Shown here: positions 27,432-40,574 of the stretch, one piece after another | Layout: each line of letters opens with the position of its first letter | Numbering within the stretch: the first letter of the stretch is position 1 | Source of the DNA: Eledone cirrhosa | Lineage: Eukaryota | Reading direction: 5' to 3' | DNA length: 64,000 bases | NCBI GenBank assembly: GCA_964016885.1 | Contig: OZ024742.1 | Span: forward strand, 247,318,001-247,382,000 | Notes under the pieces: model-generated | What the model was told of the DNA's origin: nothing | The model's database searches: none | What the model saw: only the letters and a program-made list of their open reading frames with translations | Program-made: the position numbers and the translations under genes

Positions 27432-30043
27432 ACATGCTCTGGGAAACGAGGGAGCCAAAGCTGTTAGCTGGACCCGAGTGACGGAGGCGAAATGTGGCAA
27501 CAAGTCCACGATTCGGTCTTTGAAGGATCAAGACGGACGTGTGATACGTGAGCCGAAGCAAATGTGCGCGGCCTTTCAGCGGCACTTTGCTCAACTGTTC
27601 GGGCAGGGCGGCCCGCCGGGAGGGGCTATGGATTTCGCTTCATACCTCGACGGCCTACCGCGACTCTCGGACAGCGAGGCGAAGTTCTGCGAAAGGCCGA
27701 TTTCGGCTGCTGAGATAGGGGACGCACTGAGCCAATGCGGCATACGCAAATCTCCAGGTCTCGACGGTCTACCCTACGAATTTTGCGTAGCAATGCCGGA
27801 CTTGTTCCCCGGTCTCCTGGAAGCGGTATACTGCAACTGGCAGCAGAATGGGAGAATTCCCAGTTTTGTGACCAAGGGCGTAATCACTTTAGTCAGGAAG
27901 GACGAGAACAAGGGGGAAGGCAACTTCCGGCCTATAACTCTGCTCAACACAGAGTTACAGATTTTGGCCAAGGTGTTGGCAAAGAGGCTGGCGCTTGTCG
28001 TCGAAAACCTGGTGGGAGAAGCGCAGACATGCGCAATCCCGACCAGGTCCATACACGATAACCTCCACCTCATGCGATACATCATAGAGAGGGTAGGGTG
28101 TAAACCCGATTTCGGTGGGGTCCTGATCAACTTGGATCAGTCTAAGGCTTTCGATAGGGTTGACCATCGTTACCTGGATGCGGTGCTCGAGACGGCGGGC
28201 TTCGGTCCCGTGTTCAGGGGCTGGATTGCTGCAATGCACAACAGCAACATCTGCTCAAGGGTCAAGTTGAACGGCTACCTGTCGGAGCCGTTCCATATCA
28301 CGCGATCCATCCGACAGGGATGCCCTCTCTCCTCCCTTCTGTACGTACTGACTCTCGAGCCAGTACTGCGGAAGTTGGAGCTATTGCAGGGCATCCCTTT
28401 GGAACCGGGACTGCGAAAAGCGGCGTCGGCCTACGCCGACGATGTGACAGTAATGGCATCCAGCACCTCGCAAATCGGGGAGATCGGCACCTTACTGGAG
28501 GAATACGAAAGGTACACAAGAGCGAAGCTGAACCGGGACAAATCCGTCGGTTTGCAACTCGGAATGTGGAGAGGCAAAACGATGCCTTCCGATGACGTCG
28601 TCGGACGTTGGACGGAAGGACCGGTAAAGCTGCTTGGAGTCTGGGTTGGTCCCGACCTCCAGGTGGAGAAGAACTGGAACGAGGTGACGGCCAAGGTGTT
28701 TGCGCTCACCCAGAAGTAGGCCGAGTGCAAACTATCCTTGAATGGTCGAGCGGAGGTGGCGAACACTTTTATAGCGTCCGCCATCTACTACTGCTTGACC
28801 ATTGTGCCTTGTCCAGCCAAAACGCTCACCAAAATGCAGCGCGCGCTCTTCCAATTCCTTTGGAAGAAACGGGCTCCTTTGGTTAGAAGATCCATCTGCT
28901 GCCAACATCCTTCAAACGGAGGGCTGGGGATGCCGTGGCTGACGATGCGCAAACACGCGCCTAGGCTGCGGCACCTCCACGTATTCCTCACCAGACAACC
29001 GGTGTGGGCTCCGTTCGTGAGGCGAGCCTTCCCACGACTCGTCTCGCTGACCGAGCTGCAGACCTGGGTCAAGCAAAGACCGAGGAAAATGGACGAGTGG
29101 CAAATCGAATGTGCTCAGGCGCACACAGTCCTCTGGCAAACGGACCCGGCTATAAGTGGAGACTCCACTTTGACATTCTATAGAGGGTTGGTCCGCAGCA
29201 AGTGCGACGACACGCTCGGAGAAACTCTAGGCGTAGAGGAGGACGAACTGGCCAGTCTGTTCGGTAGGACCTTCCGCCCTGAACCAATGGTCAACTTTCA
29301 AAAGTCCCTGGCCTGGCAGTGCTACCGAGGAGCTCTACCAGTTCGAGACAAGCTCTACAGACACGGGCGCCCGGGTAGGGACCCTTCAAAAAGATCTGTC
29401 CGAGATGCGTGCGCGACGAGGAAACCGTCGCACACGCATTTGTACACTGCCCGGGCGTTACCAACCTGTGGGGCTATGTAGAACGACTATTGTCGCGGGT
29501 GGGACCAATCCAGTTGACCACCGAGTCCATTGTCATGATCAAACCGCGACCCTCCTTCAAAAACGAGGGAGAGGCGGTTTTCCTATGTGTTATGGCTATG
29601 GTGAAAGAGGTTATATGGTGGACGAGGTTAAAAGGGCTGAGGTCAGACACCTTTCTCTCCGGCGAGCAACTGATTCGTTTTGTCAAATATCATTTTGGAA
29701 GAAGAATCAGGATGGAGAGAGAGGTGCTGTATCCCAGAATATTTTATAAAAGGTGGGTGAATGTGGCAAAGATGGCCCGAGTGGTTGGGCCTTCTCTCTA
29801 TATAAACCTGTAGGTTGAGGAAAAAGAGGAAGAGAGGAGGGGAGTACTCACTCTTGGTGCTCCTGGAGATGAGCGTTGTACATTTCTTTTGGGGTGTGTA
29901 CAACCCCTGTGTAACACCTCCGCCCTATTGGGGATTTCAATTGTTATTTGTTGTTTTATTAATAGTTTTATTTTCATATACCTGTATGTAAACTCCCCAT
30001 TTGAATTTGTCCCCTTCTTTTTTGCCCTTGTGGCTAATAAAAT
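27432..30043 (+). mobile_element. 5'-truncated Tx1-clade LINE (copy B)
   Basis: RT ORF 27478-28719 (QGCPLS, YADD), in-frame stop at 28717, continuation 28738-29481, frameshift into 29409-29813; (CTAT)n on both flanks (27353-27431, 30044-30160). Confidence 0.93.
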
Positions 30044-30083
30044 TATCTATCTATCTATCTATCTATCTATTATCTATCTATCA

Positions 30084-30160
<77 letters not shown>

Positions 30161-30161
<1 letters not shown>

Positions 30162-33100
30162 TGGGATGGCCACACGCGTATAACTTGCTGAGTAAGTTCT
30201 GTTTAAATTTCTATAGAAATTCTTGTCTGATAACTTTAATTTTTGTACCATTTTGTAGAGGGACTGCCAGGTCAAACTTTGATCAGGTCAGTCTCTCAAC
30301 ATATTCTACGCCTTTAGGCGAAATAGTTAAACAAAAAAAAAAAGTTTTTTCTTGTTGAAAAGTCAATATTTTTTAAATGGCCGAAGCTTCTTCACCAAAA
30401 TTCAAAGGAGGAAAGGGGAAGATGAACTTACAGCTTCCCCCTGCCACTGTCACAGTAGCAGAGGTCAAGAAGAAAGGTCAGCCAGAGGAAGAATTCTCTC
30501 CATCTGTTAACCAACAACTTGACGTTGCCATGGCAACAACCCAAAGAACCAGCAGCAACAGCAACAACAACAACAATGCGACGGACGAAAACAACACCAA
30601 TAACAATAACAATAACAACAACAACAAGACCAATAACGGTGACAACACCACCAACGACAACAACAACACAAACAAACAAAATTTCTCCTTCGCCGAGACG
30701 ACAAGGAAAACCCTCGACTATCTGCCAGTAGATATAACAAAAGCGAAGGAGCTACTGGCGGATGCGAAAAAATATATAGTGTACGGAGAAAATGGTTCAT
30801 TCACAATCCATTCCCCCCCCCCGGAACTAAAAAGCCAGAGACTCCTAAACACGGTCATGTTTAGGACAATCTCGAACAAAAGTAAAAAACCAGCTCAACC
30901 ATCACAGAGCGAGAGAGAGCTGGTTTTAAAAGACGTCATGAAGGACATCACCTTCATTCAGAAGGATAGACTCTACGGGAGTCTATCCATTCTCATGAAG
31001 GACAGGGACACAGCAGTGAAACTGTCCATCAAACCAATCACATCCAACGCATACACCTTCTACCCTACGTACATGGGTAGAAGAACACAAAAAATAAAAA
31101 TCCACACCATCCTGCCGATTATGGACATATGGTGGGTTTTGACAGGTTTTCTGGACCTGGAGGATGACATGCTGGTGTCCATGGGAAAGGCATCGGGTGA
31201 CGCGTTCAGTGGAACGAGCCTCGAACTTGTAGTTCAAATGAGGCCCGAAAGGATCGCCCAGATCCCTGAACGCGTCATACTGGATGATCTAACCTTCATC
31301 AACATTGCCGTTGAGGGTAGACGGCCCTCGTGTTACCTCTGCGGAACCAGAGGTCACCTGAGGGCTGTCTGTCCCCAACTTAATAAGAAAACCCCAATCC
31401 TGCCTACACCACCAACAACTGCACAACAAACACAATCACCACAACTACCACTACAAAAACAACCACCACAGCTCAAACCAAAACAAAACAATGTCCAACC
31501 CATCCCCTCCACTCAAAAAACAAAAACAATTTCCAAAACACCCGTACCGCAAACACAACCCGAAAATATACCCCTCCCCTCCAACGCGGAAGATGACCCT
31601 AGTTCGTCGTCAGACGAGGAGGAGAACTTCCACACAATCAAAAGAAAAAAAAGAAAACACACCTCAGACACACAAATGAAAAAAACCCCTCCCCAAAACA
31701 TAACACTGACACCAACACAAAAGAGCTCACAACAGCAAACAAAAAACACCACACAAAAACAAAAACATGCATACACATACATAAACACAAGAAACAAAAA
31801 ACTGTTAAACATTGTGTACAACAACAATCTAATAAAAACACAAGGGCCTAACTTCACCCAGGCAGGGGATTTCCCCCACCTCAAAATGATTAAGGCCCCA
31901 CAGGACACCTATAAAACTTTAAAAAACAATTTTAAAGAGGACGTGGGTCCCCCCTGCGTCGGGCCCATTAACCGCGTCCTCCTAAAAAACTATGCCACTC
32001 CCTCCCCAAACACCCACACAACTCCAAGCTCCCCAACCACACAACACACTGATGCCCCCACACTTCCACAAACCACCACCCCACCCAACAACCCATCCCC
32101 CACCCTAATGGAAATTGTGCAGCCCGATACCCGGGACGCAGAGAGGTAAGTGCCTTTTCTCTTCACCACCAACATGGCTATGCTAAGAGTAGGCTGTTTA
32201 AATGCGCGTGGCCTGGGCTCAACTTGGAAGCAAGCAATGCTTCTAAATGACCTCAGGTCACAACGTATAGATGTGATGGTTATTTGCGAGGCCCGGATCA
32301 GCAACGTGCGACAGCTGGCCCCCACCTTTGATGACTTTGAGATGCACGCATCTCTCTGTCAGTACTTTACAAGTGCGACGACGTGCTCGGACAGACGCTA
32401 GGCGTCGAAGACGACGAGCTCACCAGTCTGTTCGGTAAGAGTTTCCTCCCGGGACCTATGGACAACTTCCAGAGGTCCCTGGCCTGGCAGTGCTACCGAG
32501 GAGCTCTACCCGTTCGTGACAAGATCTACAGGCGCGGACGCCCCGACAGGGATCCTTCGAAGAGGGCGTGTCCAAGATGCGAGCAGGACATTGAAACCGT
32601 CTTGCACGCAATTGTACACTGCCCAAGCGTAAGCGACCTGTGGAACTATGCAGAACAAGTGCTGTCGTGTATGGGACAAATCCAGTTGACTGCCGCCAGC
32701 CTCTTTCAAAAACGAAAGAGAGGCGGTTTTCCTCTGAACAGTGGCTATGGTGAAAGAGGTTATATGGTGGACGAGATTGAGAGGACTGAGGACAGATGCC
32801 TTTCTCTCCGGACAAGAATTGATTCCCTTCTTTAAGTATCACTTTAGAAGGAGAATCAGGGTGGAGAGAGAGGCACTGCACCCCAGTAAATTTACTGAAA
32901 GCTGGGCGAATGAAGCGAAAATGGCCAAGTGATTCGGCCTTCTCTGTTTATAAGCCTGTAGCTTAAAAAAGCGAGCAAAACGAAGAAAGGAGCACTTGCA
33001 CAACACGCACCTGAAGTTGAGGGTTGTTATATCGACGGGGTATTAAAGAACCCATTTGTGGCGCCTCCCCCTATTGGGGATTTCGATTGTTATAATTGTT

Positions 33101-33195
33101 TGTTTCAATATTTTTACACGACTGTATAGAAAATCCCCGGCATGTGTCTTTGTATTGTCTCGTTTTCTTGTGCGCCCTTATGGCAAATAAAGAAA
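30161..33195 (+). mobile_element. Tx1-clade LINE (copy C): complete ORF1, ORF2 with large internal deletion
   Basis: 5'UTR homologous to copy A; ORF2 start MAMLRVGCLNARG at 32174 joins near 32362 to the C-terminal LAWQCYRG/CPRC region; ends AATAAAGAAA. Confidence 0.92.
30377..32149 (+). CDS. Tx1 ORF1 protein, 590 aa, uninterrupted
   Basis: CYLCGTRGHLRAVC (CX2CX4HX4C) knuckle, basic KRKKRK patch, low-complexity N/T/Q/P linkers; colinear with copy A ORF1. Confidence 0.88.
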   Translation: MAEASSPKFKGGKGKMNLQLPPATVTVAEVKKKGQPEEEFSPSVNQQLDVAMATTQRTSSNSNNNNNATDENNTNNNNNNNNNKTNNGDNTTNDNNNTNKQNFSFAETTRKTLDYLPVDITKAKELLADAKKYIVYGENGSFTIHSPPPELKSQRLLNTVMFRTISNKSKKPAQPSQSERELVLKDVMKDITFIQKDRLYGSLSILMKDRDTAVKLSIKPITSNAYTFYPTYMGRRTQKIKIHTILPIMDIWWVLTGFLDLEDDMLVSMGKASGDAFSGTSLELVVQMRPERIAQIPERVILDDLTFINIAVEGRRPSCYLCGTRGHLRAVCPQLNKKTPILPTPPTTAQQTQSPQLPLQKQPPQLKPKQNNVQPIPSTQKTKTISKTPVPQTQPENIPLPSNAEDDPSSSSDEEENFHTIKRKKRKHTSDTQMKKTPPQNITLTPTQKSSQQQTKNTTQKQKHAYTYINTRNKKLLNIVYNNNLIKTQGPNFTQAGDFPHLKMIKAPQDTYKTLKNNFKEDVGPPCVGPINRVLLKNYATPSPNTHTTPSSPTTQHTDAPTLPQTTTPPNNPSPTLMEIVQPDTRDAER

Positions 33196-33239
33196 TATAT
33201 CTATGTAGCTATCTACCTATCGTCCTATCTACCTATTTC

Positions 33240-33426
33240 CCTACCCACCTACCTTCCTACCTACCTACCTACCTACCTACCTACCTACCTACCTACCTAC
33301 CTACCTACCTACCTACCTAACTAACTACCTACCTACCTACCTACCTACCTACCTAGCTACCTACCTACCCACTTAGCCACCTACCTACCTACGTTCCTAC
33401 ATACCTACCTAACTACCTACCTATCT
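33240..33426. repeat. (CTAC)n tetranucleotide tract
   Basis: Direct reading; ends in ctatct at the junction with copy D. Confidence 0.9.
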
Positions 33427-33644
33427 GTGAAGAGAGGAAGGGAGTACTCACTCTTGGTGGTCCTGGAGATGAGGGTTGTACATTTTTTCGGGGTGTGTAC
33501 AACCCCTGTGTAACACCTCCCCCCTATTGGGGACTTCAATTGTTATTTGTTATTGTATTAATAGTTTTATTTTCATATACCTGTATGTAAACTCCCCATT
33601 TGTATTTGTCCTCTTCTTTTGTGCCCTTGTGGCTAATAAAGAAA
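33427..33644 (+). mobile_element. Tx1 3'UTR-only stub (copy D)
   Basis: Closely matches the copy B 3'UTR at 29828-30041 (ggagtactcactcttggtg...ggctaataaa). Confidence 0.88.
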
Positions 33645-33894
33645 TTAATCTGTACTATACATCAAATGAATGAGAGATACTCCTTTTATTGATTCTGGGA
33701 TTGAAAAAAGGCGAACTCGACCTCTATATTGCAACATAAACACAACTGAATATATCGGAAACGGACATATTATATATTTCTGAATTAGCGAGGATACTTC
33801 TACGTGTTTGCACAATCTGCTAGATATAGAATTTCCCTCATATAGTACAAAGAAATTTAAATTTGTTTCAATCTAAAACTCTGCTGCTGTCATG

Positions 33895-34258
33895 TACCGT
33901 TTCCCTGCGCCAAAGACGTTTCGTCCTCGAGGACGCACCCTAATTTTGAAAACCAAAAATTTGAAAGAAAATAATTGTTTCTACTTTAGGCACAAGGCCA
34001 GCAATTAACCAGTGCATTACTGGTACTTTATTTTATCGATCCCGGCGGGATTTGAACTCAGATCGTAAAGAGACGTAACTATGCTGGAAAGCATGGCGTC
34101 CGACCCTCTACCGATACTGCCAATCCACCGCCCTTTGAAAGAAAATAATAATCTTTGAAAGAAAATAATAAACTACCTTCAGCCTCCAGGACGCAAGGTA
34201 GATTTTTGAGACTTAATATAGGAAAAATGTAGTGTCTTCGACGCCGAGAAGTACTCTA
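33895..34258. mobile_element. Degenerate pogo/Tigger-like MITE interrupted by a SINE
   Basis: Begins TACCGT, carries two aggacgca subterminal motifs, ends gtcttcgacgccgagaagtac; TIRs decayed. Confidence 0.45.
33976..34133 (-). mobile_element. tRNA-derived SINE with 16-bp target site duplication
   Basis: gggcggtggattggcagtatcgg...gagttcaaatccc...agaaaca; TSD tttgaaagaaaataat at 33960-33975 and 34134-34149. Confidence 0.9.
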
Positions 34259-34674
34259 AATATTCAATGTTAATCCTCTTCCTTTAAGCCTGTACAGAGT
34301 AATACAGGGTGACCGTAGTTCCCTGAATGGTAATCTGTACCTCGTATTACAGGGCTACCAGAATTTCCACTTATGTAGTCTGTGCCTACTAACAAATAGC
34401 TACCTTAGCACCCGCTTTTATAGTCAACCCTAGTAATATATGACTAACAGAGCTCACACTCTAGTATGTGCCTAGTAATACTGGGATAGCCTGCTCCGTT
34501 TATACTCAGTCAATATCTAGTAGTAACACATGCTACACTATTTCGATCTTACATACTCTGTACCTACTATTGTAAGGCTAACATGGTTCTCTCTTAGAGA
34601 CACACAAATATATGTGTGTATGAGTGTTAAATAGATGAGCAGATAGCTTACATAGATACGCAAATATGTGTATA

Positions 34675-34777
<103 letters not shown>

Positions 34778-34823
34778 CCTTATCGAGCCCTCTCTGGATT
34801 TTAGTCTTCAATTTTATTATTAT

Positions 34824-34889
<66 letters not shown>

Positions 34890-34904
34890 ATATATATATA
34901 CATA

Positions 34905-35018
<114 letters not shown>

Positions 35019-35554
35019 TATGTATATATATATACGCACACACTAACACACATACACACACACGCATATATATATATGGAAAGATTAATTGATACATATA
35101 TAGATATTTTTTCCGAAGATATCGTTCAGAAATCTATTTTCTACGGAGCAGGTCAACACGATATCAGCGAAACGAAGGATTTCTCTGAAAATAGCGACAG
35201 CTAAAAGGATCTTTGATGGAATCTGATAATTGGAATTTCAATTTTTCTTCAAGCCTTTGGGAAAGAAACATACATTAAAATATTACTAAAGTGGTGAATA
35301 TCTTTCAAAGACATCCTTCTCAAATTTCGAAGACAATTTTACAGTCCAAAATACATCCATCTCAAGTTTCATTAATTTCGTAAGAATTTTAGGAAATAAT
35401 ACGAAAAATAAAATAAAATATATCAACCTTCCCCTCCTCAGCCCAAAATCTTACGAAAAATATAAAATAATCGATATGATGTATAGTAAATTTTATGTAA
35501 TCCAAATTGAATGATTTTTATGCTGAAAACATGTCTTTAGGATATTCTGATTAT

Positions 35555-35945
35555 GCTGATAATTATTATTATGACGATGATGATGATGATGATGATGATA
35601 ATAATAATGGTGATGATGATAATGATGATGATAATGATGAAGGTTATAGTGTGGGCGGTGCTGGGGATGATAAGGCTGGTGATGAATATAAGAATGATGA
35701 GGAAGCTGATGATGATAATGAGGAGAATGATGGCGTTGAAGATGAATATGATGATGGTGTTTATGATAGAGGTCGTGGTAATGAAGACGATGATATCAAT
35801 AAGAAAGAGAAGTAGAATTGTGATGGTAAAGGTTGTGATATGATAATGACGATGATGGTCGTGATGATGGTGATAATGTTGGTGATGATGATGGTGCATT
35901 CAACGGCGGCTTTGGTGAGGAGGAGAAGGAAGAGAAGCAAAATAA
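35555..35945. repeat. Degenerate (GAT)n/(GGT)n low-complexity tract
   Basis: Direct reading. Confidence 0.8.
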
Positions 35946-37131
35946 GGGAGGGACGGATGTTAATTTTGAAGATTTTGATGAAGAGCAATATACGGTCTCC
36001 TATTTCTGTTGATTGCGTTTAATCCCAGGTAATCCATGTTCAAATAGATCTATGATCAAAAACATTCCAGTAATAACTATCTCATCTATTTTTGTTTATT
36101 GTTCTCAAGCACAATATTTAGGATTTCATTATCAATGTGTGCTATTTTAAGCTGCTAGGGTGTAATTTGATACAGAACAACAACAGTCTTGCCAACACGA
36201 CCAACAAGGACATAAGCATCAACAGCAACAATTACAAGAAGGAGAGTCATGTGCAATGTGACTAGTAACTGCTATTAAGATTTGTAAGATGACCAGTTAG
36301 TATGTGACGTGACCTTGTCACAGCTAATGTATATATGTATGTGTAAGTGTATGTAGTGGCCAACGGTAATATTACGAACCAGCTAATGAAAGAAAGAATC
36401 CTACGTGATTTTGTTCGCTCGTTCTACCTCTCATCAAATGAATGTCACCACAAGCTCAGAACAGATAGCATTGGAATGTTGTTACCCCAGATATTAGCGA
36501 GAGAGATGTGCTGGAAAAGCCTTCCGACTTGCGAGACTCATTCCTGCGTACAGCTAAGGGTAGTGTGAATGAAAGATGTCTGCTGTTACATTAAACGTCG
36601 AAACATTTTGTAAAGAAGCTTGCAAAACTATTCCAACCTCGTGTGCTGTATTATGTTTAGTAAATATTATCAAATCACGACAACCAGTTTGATAACACAC
36701 GATCCTTGAAGTGAGAGACACAAAAGTTAAAGCGACATTAAATGTCTGTTTATAAGATTAAAATTGTAGGTAATATGTATATCTATGGCGCACAGTATGA
36801 TTCATTGACTGACGCAGTGAATGTGCGTGGCTAAGACTTTTTTAACAATCTAAAGACCTTATCTCTACATCACACGCAAATACGTTGTTAGGAATAAAAC
36901 GGCGAAAATAGATAATCATGGTGTTGTCAATAGAGAATATTTTGCAATTTTTCTAATATAATCTGACAGATAAAAGCATGTGTTGAAAATAAACCTTATT
37001 TCCACCAATAATTATATTAACGTTTCTGTATTATGTTAGATATGAAGATTCAGAGACAATTCAAACAACTCCCACTAAAATATCACGATTATTTTTCACA
37101 CACGCACACAGTTACACACTCACTCATGCAC

Positions 37132-37243
<112 letters not shown>

Positions 37244-37441
37244 TTGTATGGCTTTGTATGGCTTTGTATGTGTCTGTAGGTGAATGTTTGTGCGTGTGGG
37301 AACAAAGTAGACTCTGTCAACTTTTATCCATCTCCTGTGTTTCATATGTCCAATCTGTTCAGCTAATGTAAAGTTAAACCTCCTCTATAGTAACTCACAA
37401 CAAATTGGCTCAAAATTCTGTAAAACTATTGTTATATTGTT

Positions 37442-37581
<140 letters not shown>

Positions 37582-37582
37582 T

Positions 37583-37621
<39 letters not shown>

Positions 37622-38039
37622 CAAACTCGTATATCTGGGGAGATGTCAAAGATGAGTCGACCCCGGTCATTATGGTTGCACTCTGAGTTGATGGATATTG
37701 AAACAATTGCAATATACCAATAAAGTTTATATATAAGTTGCACCACTGACTTCGATTCTACTTACTTTATTTAAATACTGAACACTATAGCCGCCTTAAC
37801 TCTGGAAAATCAGATGGTCCTCGTAACAACATAGTGTGCTTCGAACGGCGCACCGCCTGTCAAACCCCTCTCTTGAATTAAAATAACCAAGTAGGGCAAT
37901 CTTATCCGACTTATGCATGGCATGGATTTTCTTGCCAGTAAGTTATAAAACTAGTTATTTCATTCATCTTCGGAATCAATGAGGGGGAAAAATAGATAGA
38001 TAACATTGTTAGAAATTTGCCATGAATTAATAGCATCTG

Positions 38040-38370
38040 GTGGCTCGTTTTATGCTCACTAATGTAATTTCGTGTTCAGTTGTGTTACTCCACAAGCCTG
38101 GTGATTATATTAATTTCAATGCCATCGCGCGCTTCTCGGCAGAGCTGTTTCCTTTTCCAAAGTATTCTTTATTTGGTACCAGCTTCTTTAATGTTTTCAT
38201 CTCGAGAAAGTCTAGTTTCACTCAAAGCTTCTACGTCTATATTGAATCTAGCTAATTCTCTGTACAAACGTGCGGTTTATCTCTGTATATGGTTGTTATA
38301 CACTGACGTCCGTGTTCAAACATACCATGCATCAACTGTTATAGATTCACACACTAGAAAATTTCCATGA
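38040..38370 (-). mobile_element. RTE-clade LINE relic, APE N-terminus
   Basis: Minus translation RELARFNIDVEALSETRL, the RTE/BovB-type endonuclease start. Confidence 0.65.
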
Positions 38371-38479
38371 TGAGATTGTGAATCATCCTCTTCCTCATCA
38401 TCATCATTATAAACATTTATTCCTATTCTTATTCTTATTTTTCTTATTCTTATTCTTCTTCTTATTATTATTATCATTA

Positions 38480-40440
38480 TAACTAATTTGATATCTCAGT
38501 TATTGATGTTATTTTACCGAAAAAATTGCTCTTATGAACATCAAGCAAATACCTGCGGCCTCATAGATTCAGGACGTATTGGAGCGTCCTTTTTGCTCCC
38601 AGTAGGCATGGCTTTTGGAGTGTGCGACAGAAGGATGCTGGGATAATGTTCTTTAACCAACCATGGAAACTCTTCGACATAGTACTTAGTGCTATCAGGA
38701 CGAACTTGATCTCATGGTAGTCCCAAATTATTTTCAGTTCCCACGTTAGATCCTCGTACCGGTTAATTTTGTCTTTGTCCTTTTCTTGCACCCTTGTAAT
38801 AAAGGGGTAGGCTGTATCTATAATCAGGTAAGATATTTGTTCCTTGTCAAAAACCACAGAGTCAGGTATATTGTGTTAACATTCGTTTTCTGTCTGTATC
38901 CTGAAATCCCACAATACCTTCACCCGGTCGTTTCTACATCAACTCTGGCTTATGCTCATACCATTTCTGAGAATGAGGTCATTTGTTCAGTTTGCATAAT
39001 TGTCAGTGAATCCTTTTTCCTGTGCTATCATGCCTCTTATAGTGATTCTAGGCTAGGAGTTTACACTCGGATACGATGTGAACCACAGTTTCCTCTTTTG
39101 ATCCACACATTCTATAGAGCGGGCTAGCCCCCTCCTTGTTAATATTGTGTCCTATTCACTTTGTTCTAAGGGATTGCTACTGTGCAACCAGTAGCAATCT
39201 GTCTGTAGCTTTCTTAAGGTCCCTTTCTTTAACCAGTTCCATGTCTGTGGATCTCTGAAATAAGTTTTCTTTAAACATCCTGCTTCCATATCCCTCTCCA
39301 AAATATGTTGGCCTGTTCAGCTCCAGGAATAGCATCGTTACTTCTTTCTTTCCCTTTAATCTGTTCAAATAACATTTTCTGGTTGTAGCCGAACATGCGG
39401 TTTTGTCTATAGTGGCTAACAATGTCTCATGCCTAATAACTTTTTGTGATTTCAGCTGTGACACGTTGCATTAGTACCTCAATTATAACATTTAACCTGT
39501 TTCCCTTTGTGTTGTCTTTCCTTGTCAATCTATCCTTCGTAGAAATATTTTGTAATGTTCCATTTAATAAAGACCGAATCTTCCCGATGTCCTTTCTAAT
39601 TTCCTTGAATTAACCATTCAACCGCTTCTTCCACTAAGGTTCTGAACTTTCTCGTCTGTTTTCCCTTGTTTTGATACCAAGCGATTTTGTCACCATATTG
39701 TCACCATTGCGGCTGCTTTGAGCATGTTCTTGCATTGTTGAAGATTCTTCACCTCAATTTATCGGACGACCATGTTTACCTTAGATGCCGTTTCTTTTAA
39801 CTTTTTCAGTCAACAAATCTTAGATGCATAGGTTTTCCACTATCATTATTCATTTCGTCCTCCATTAAATTCAGAATATAAACAAAATCTTGTCCTAGCT
39901 CGCCAACGTTCATTTTCTCAATGTCCGCGTCTTCACTCCAGATGTTATTTATCTTAACCATTTTATCATTGTCTTTGTCGGTTACTCCCTCGGGTCTCAT
40001 AACCACTTAACACACATTTTCTACTGAATCATTTGCCTGAATTACTCCACTTTCTACAGGCTCATTTGCCTGATCTACTCCACTTTCCATTTCCAGCTTA
40101 AACTTCCTATTCAGTTCCTTCAATTCCAACTCACTTATCCATCCATTAGTTCTTATTACACGAACCTGACCCGCTAGTTGTTGTTCACCTAATTCAAATA
40201 GAAATATATCTTTCCAGATGTTATACATTCGTTTCCTATGGTCTTTGTTAGTGGGATCAGTTTTCAGATAATATTTTCTTACACTTTTATTCAATACTTT
40301 CGTCCAGTTGGTTCTTGCCTCGTTGGTTCTTCTTCCTCCAAACACTAGCAGTATTCTGGTTCTTTCAGGTTTTTGCATAATTTAAAGTATAATTGGATAG
40401 GCTCTGAAATATCTTGTTTACTCACTTTCAGTTCCTACAA
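38480..40440 (-). mobile_element. R4/Dong-like RLE LINE relic with RT deleted
   Basis: N-terminal RTNWT...RKRMYNIW...EQQLAGQVRVIRTNGWISELEL; C-terminal LIIDTAYPF...KINRYEDL; 3' end runs into a (TAA)n-like tract. Confidence 0.75.
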
Positions 40441-40574
40441 TTTATTTACAAAATGCGTCAGTGTGAGTGCGTGTCCGTGAAACATACATATACACCAGGT
40501 TTGAACACAAAGTAACCAAACTTCTACTGTCACTGCCTCTATCTCTCCCTCTCTCCCCATCTCTCACTATTATG

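Noticed and set aside
35507-35815. Acidic 102-aa ORF
   Set aside because: Degenerate (GAT)n tract with no supporting exon structure.
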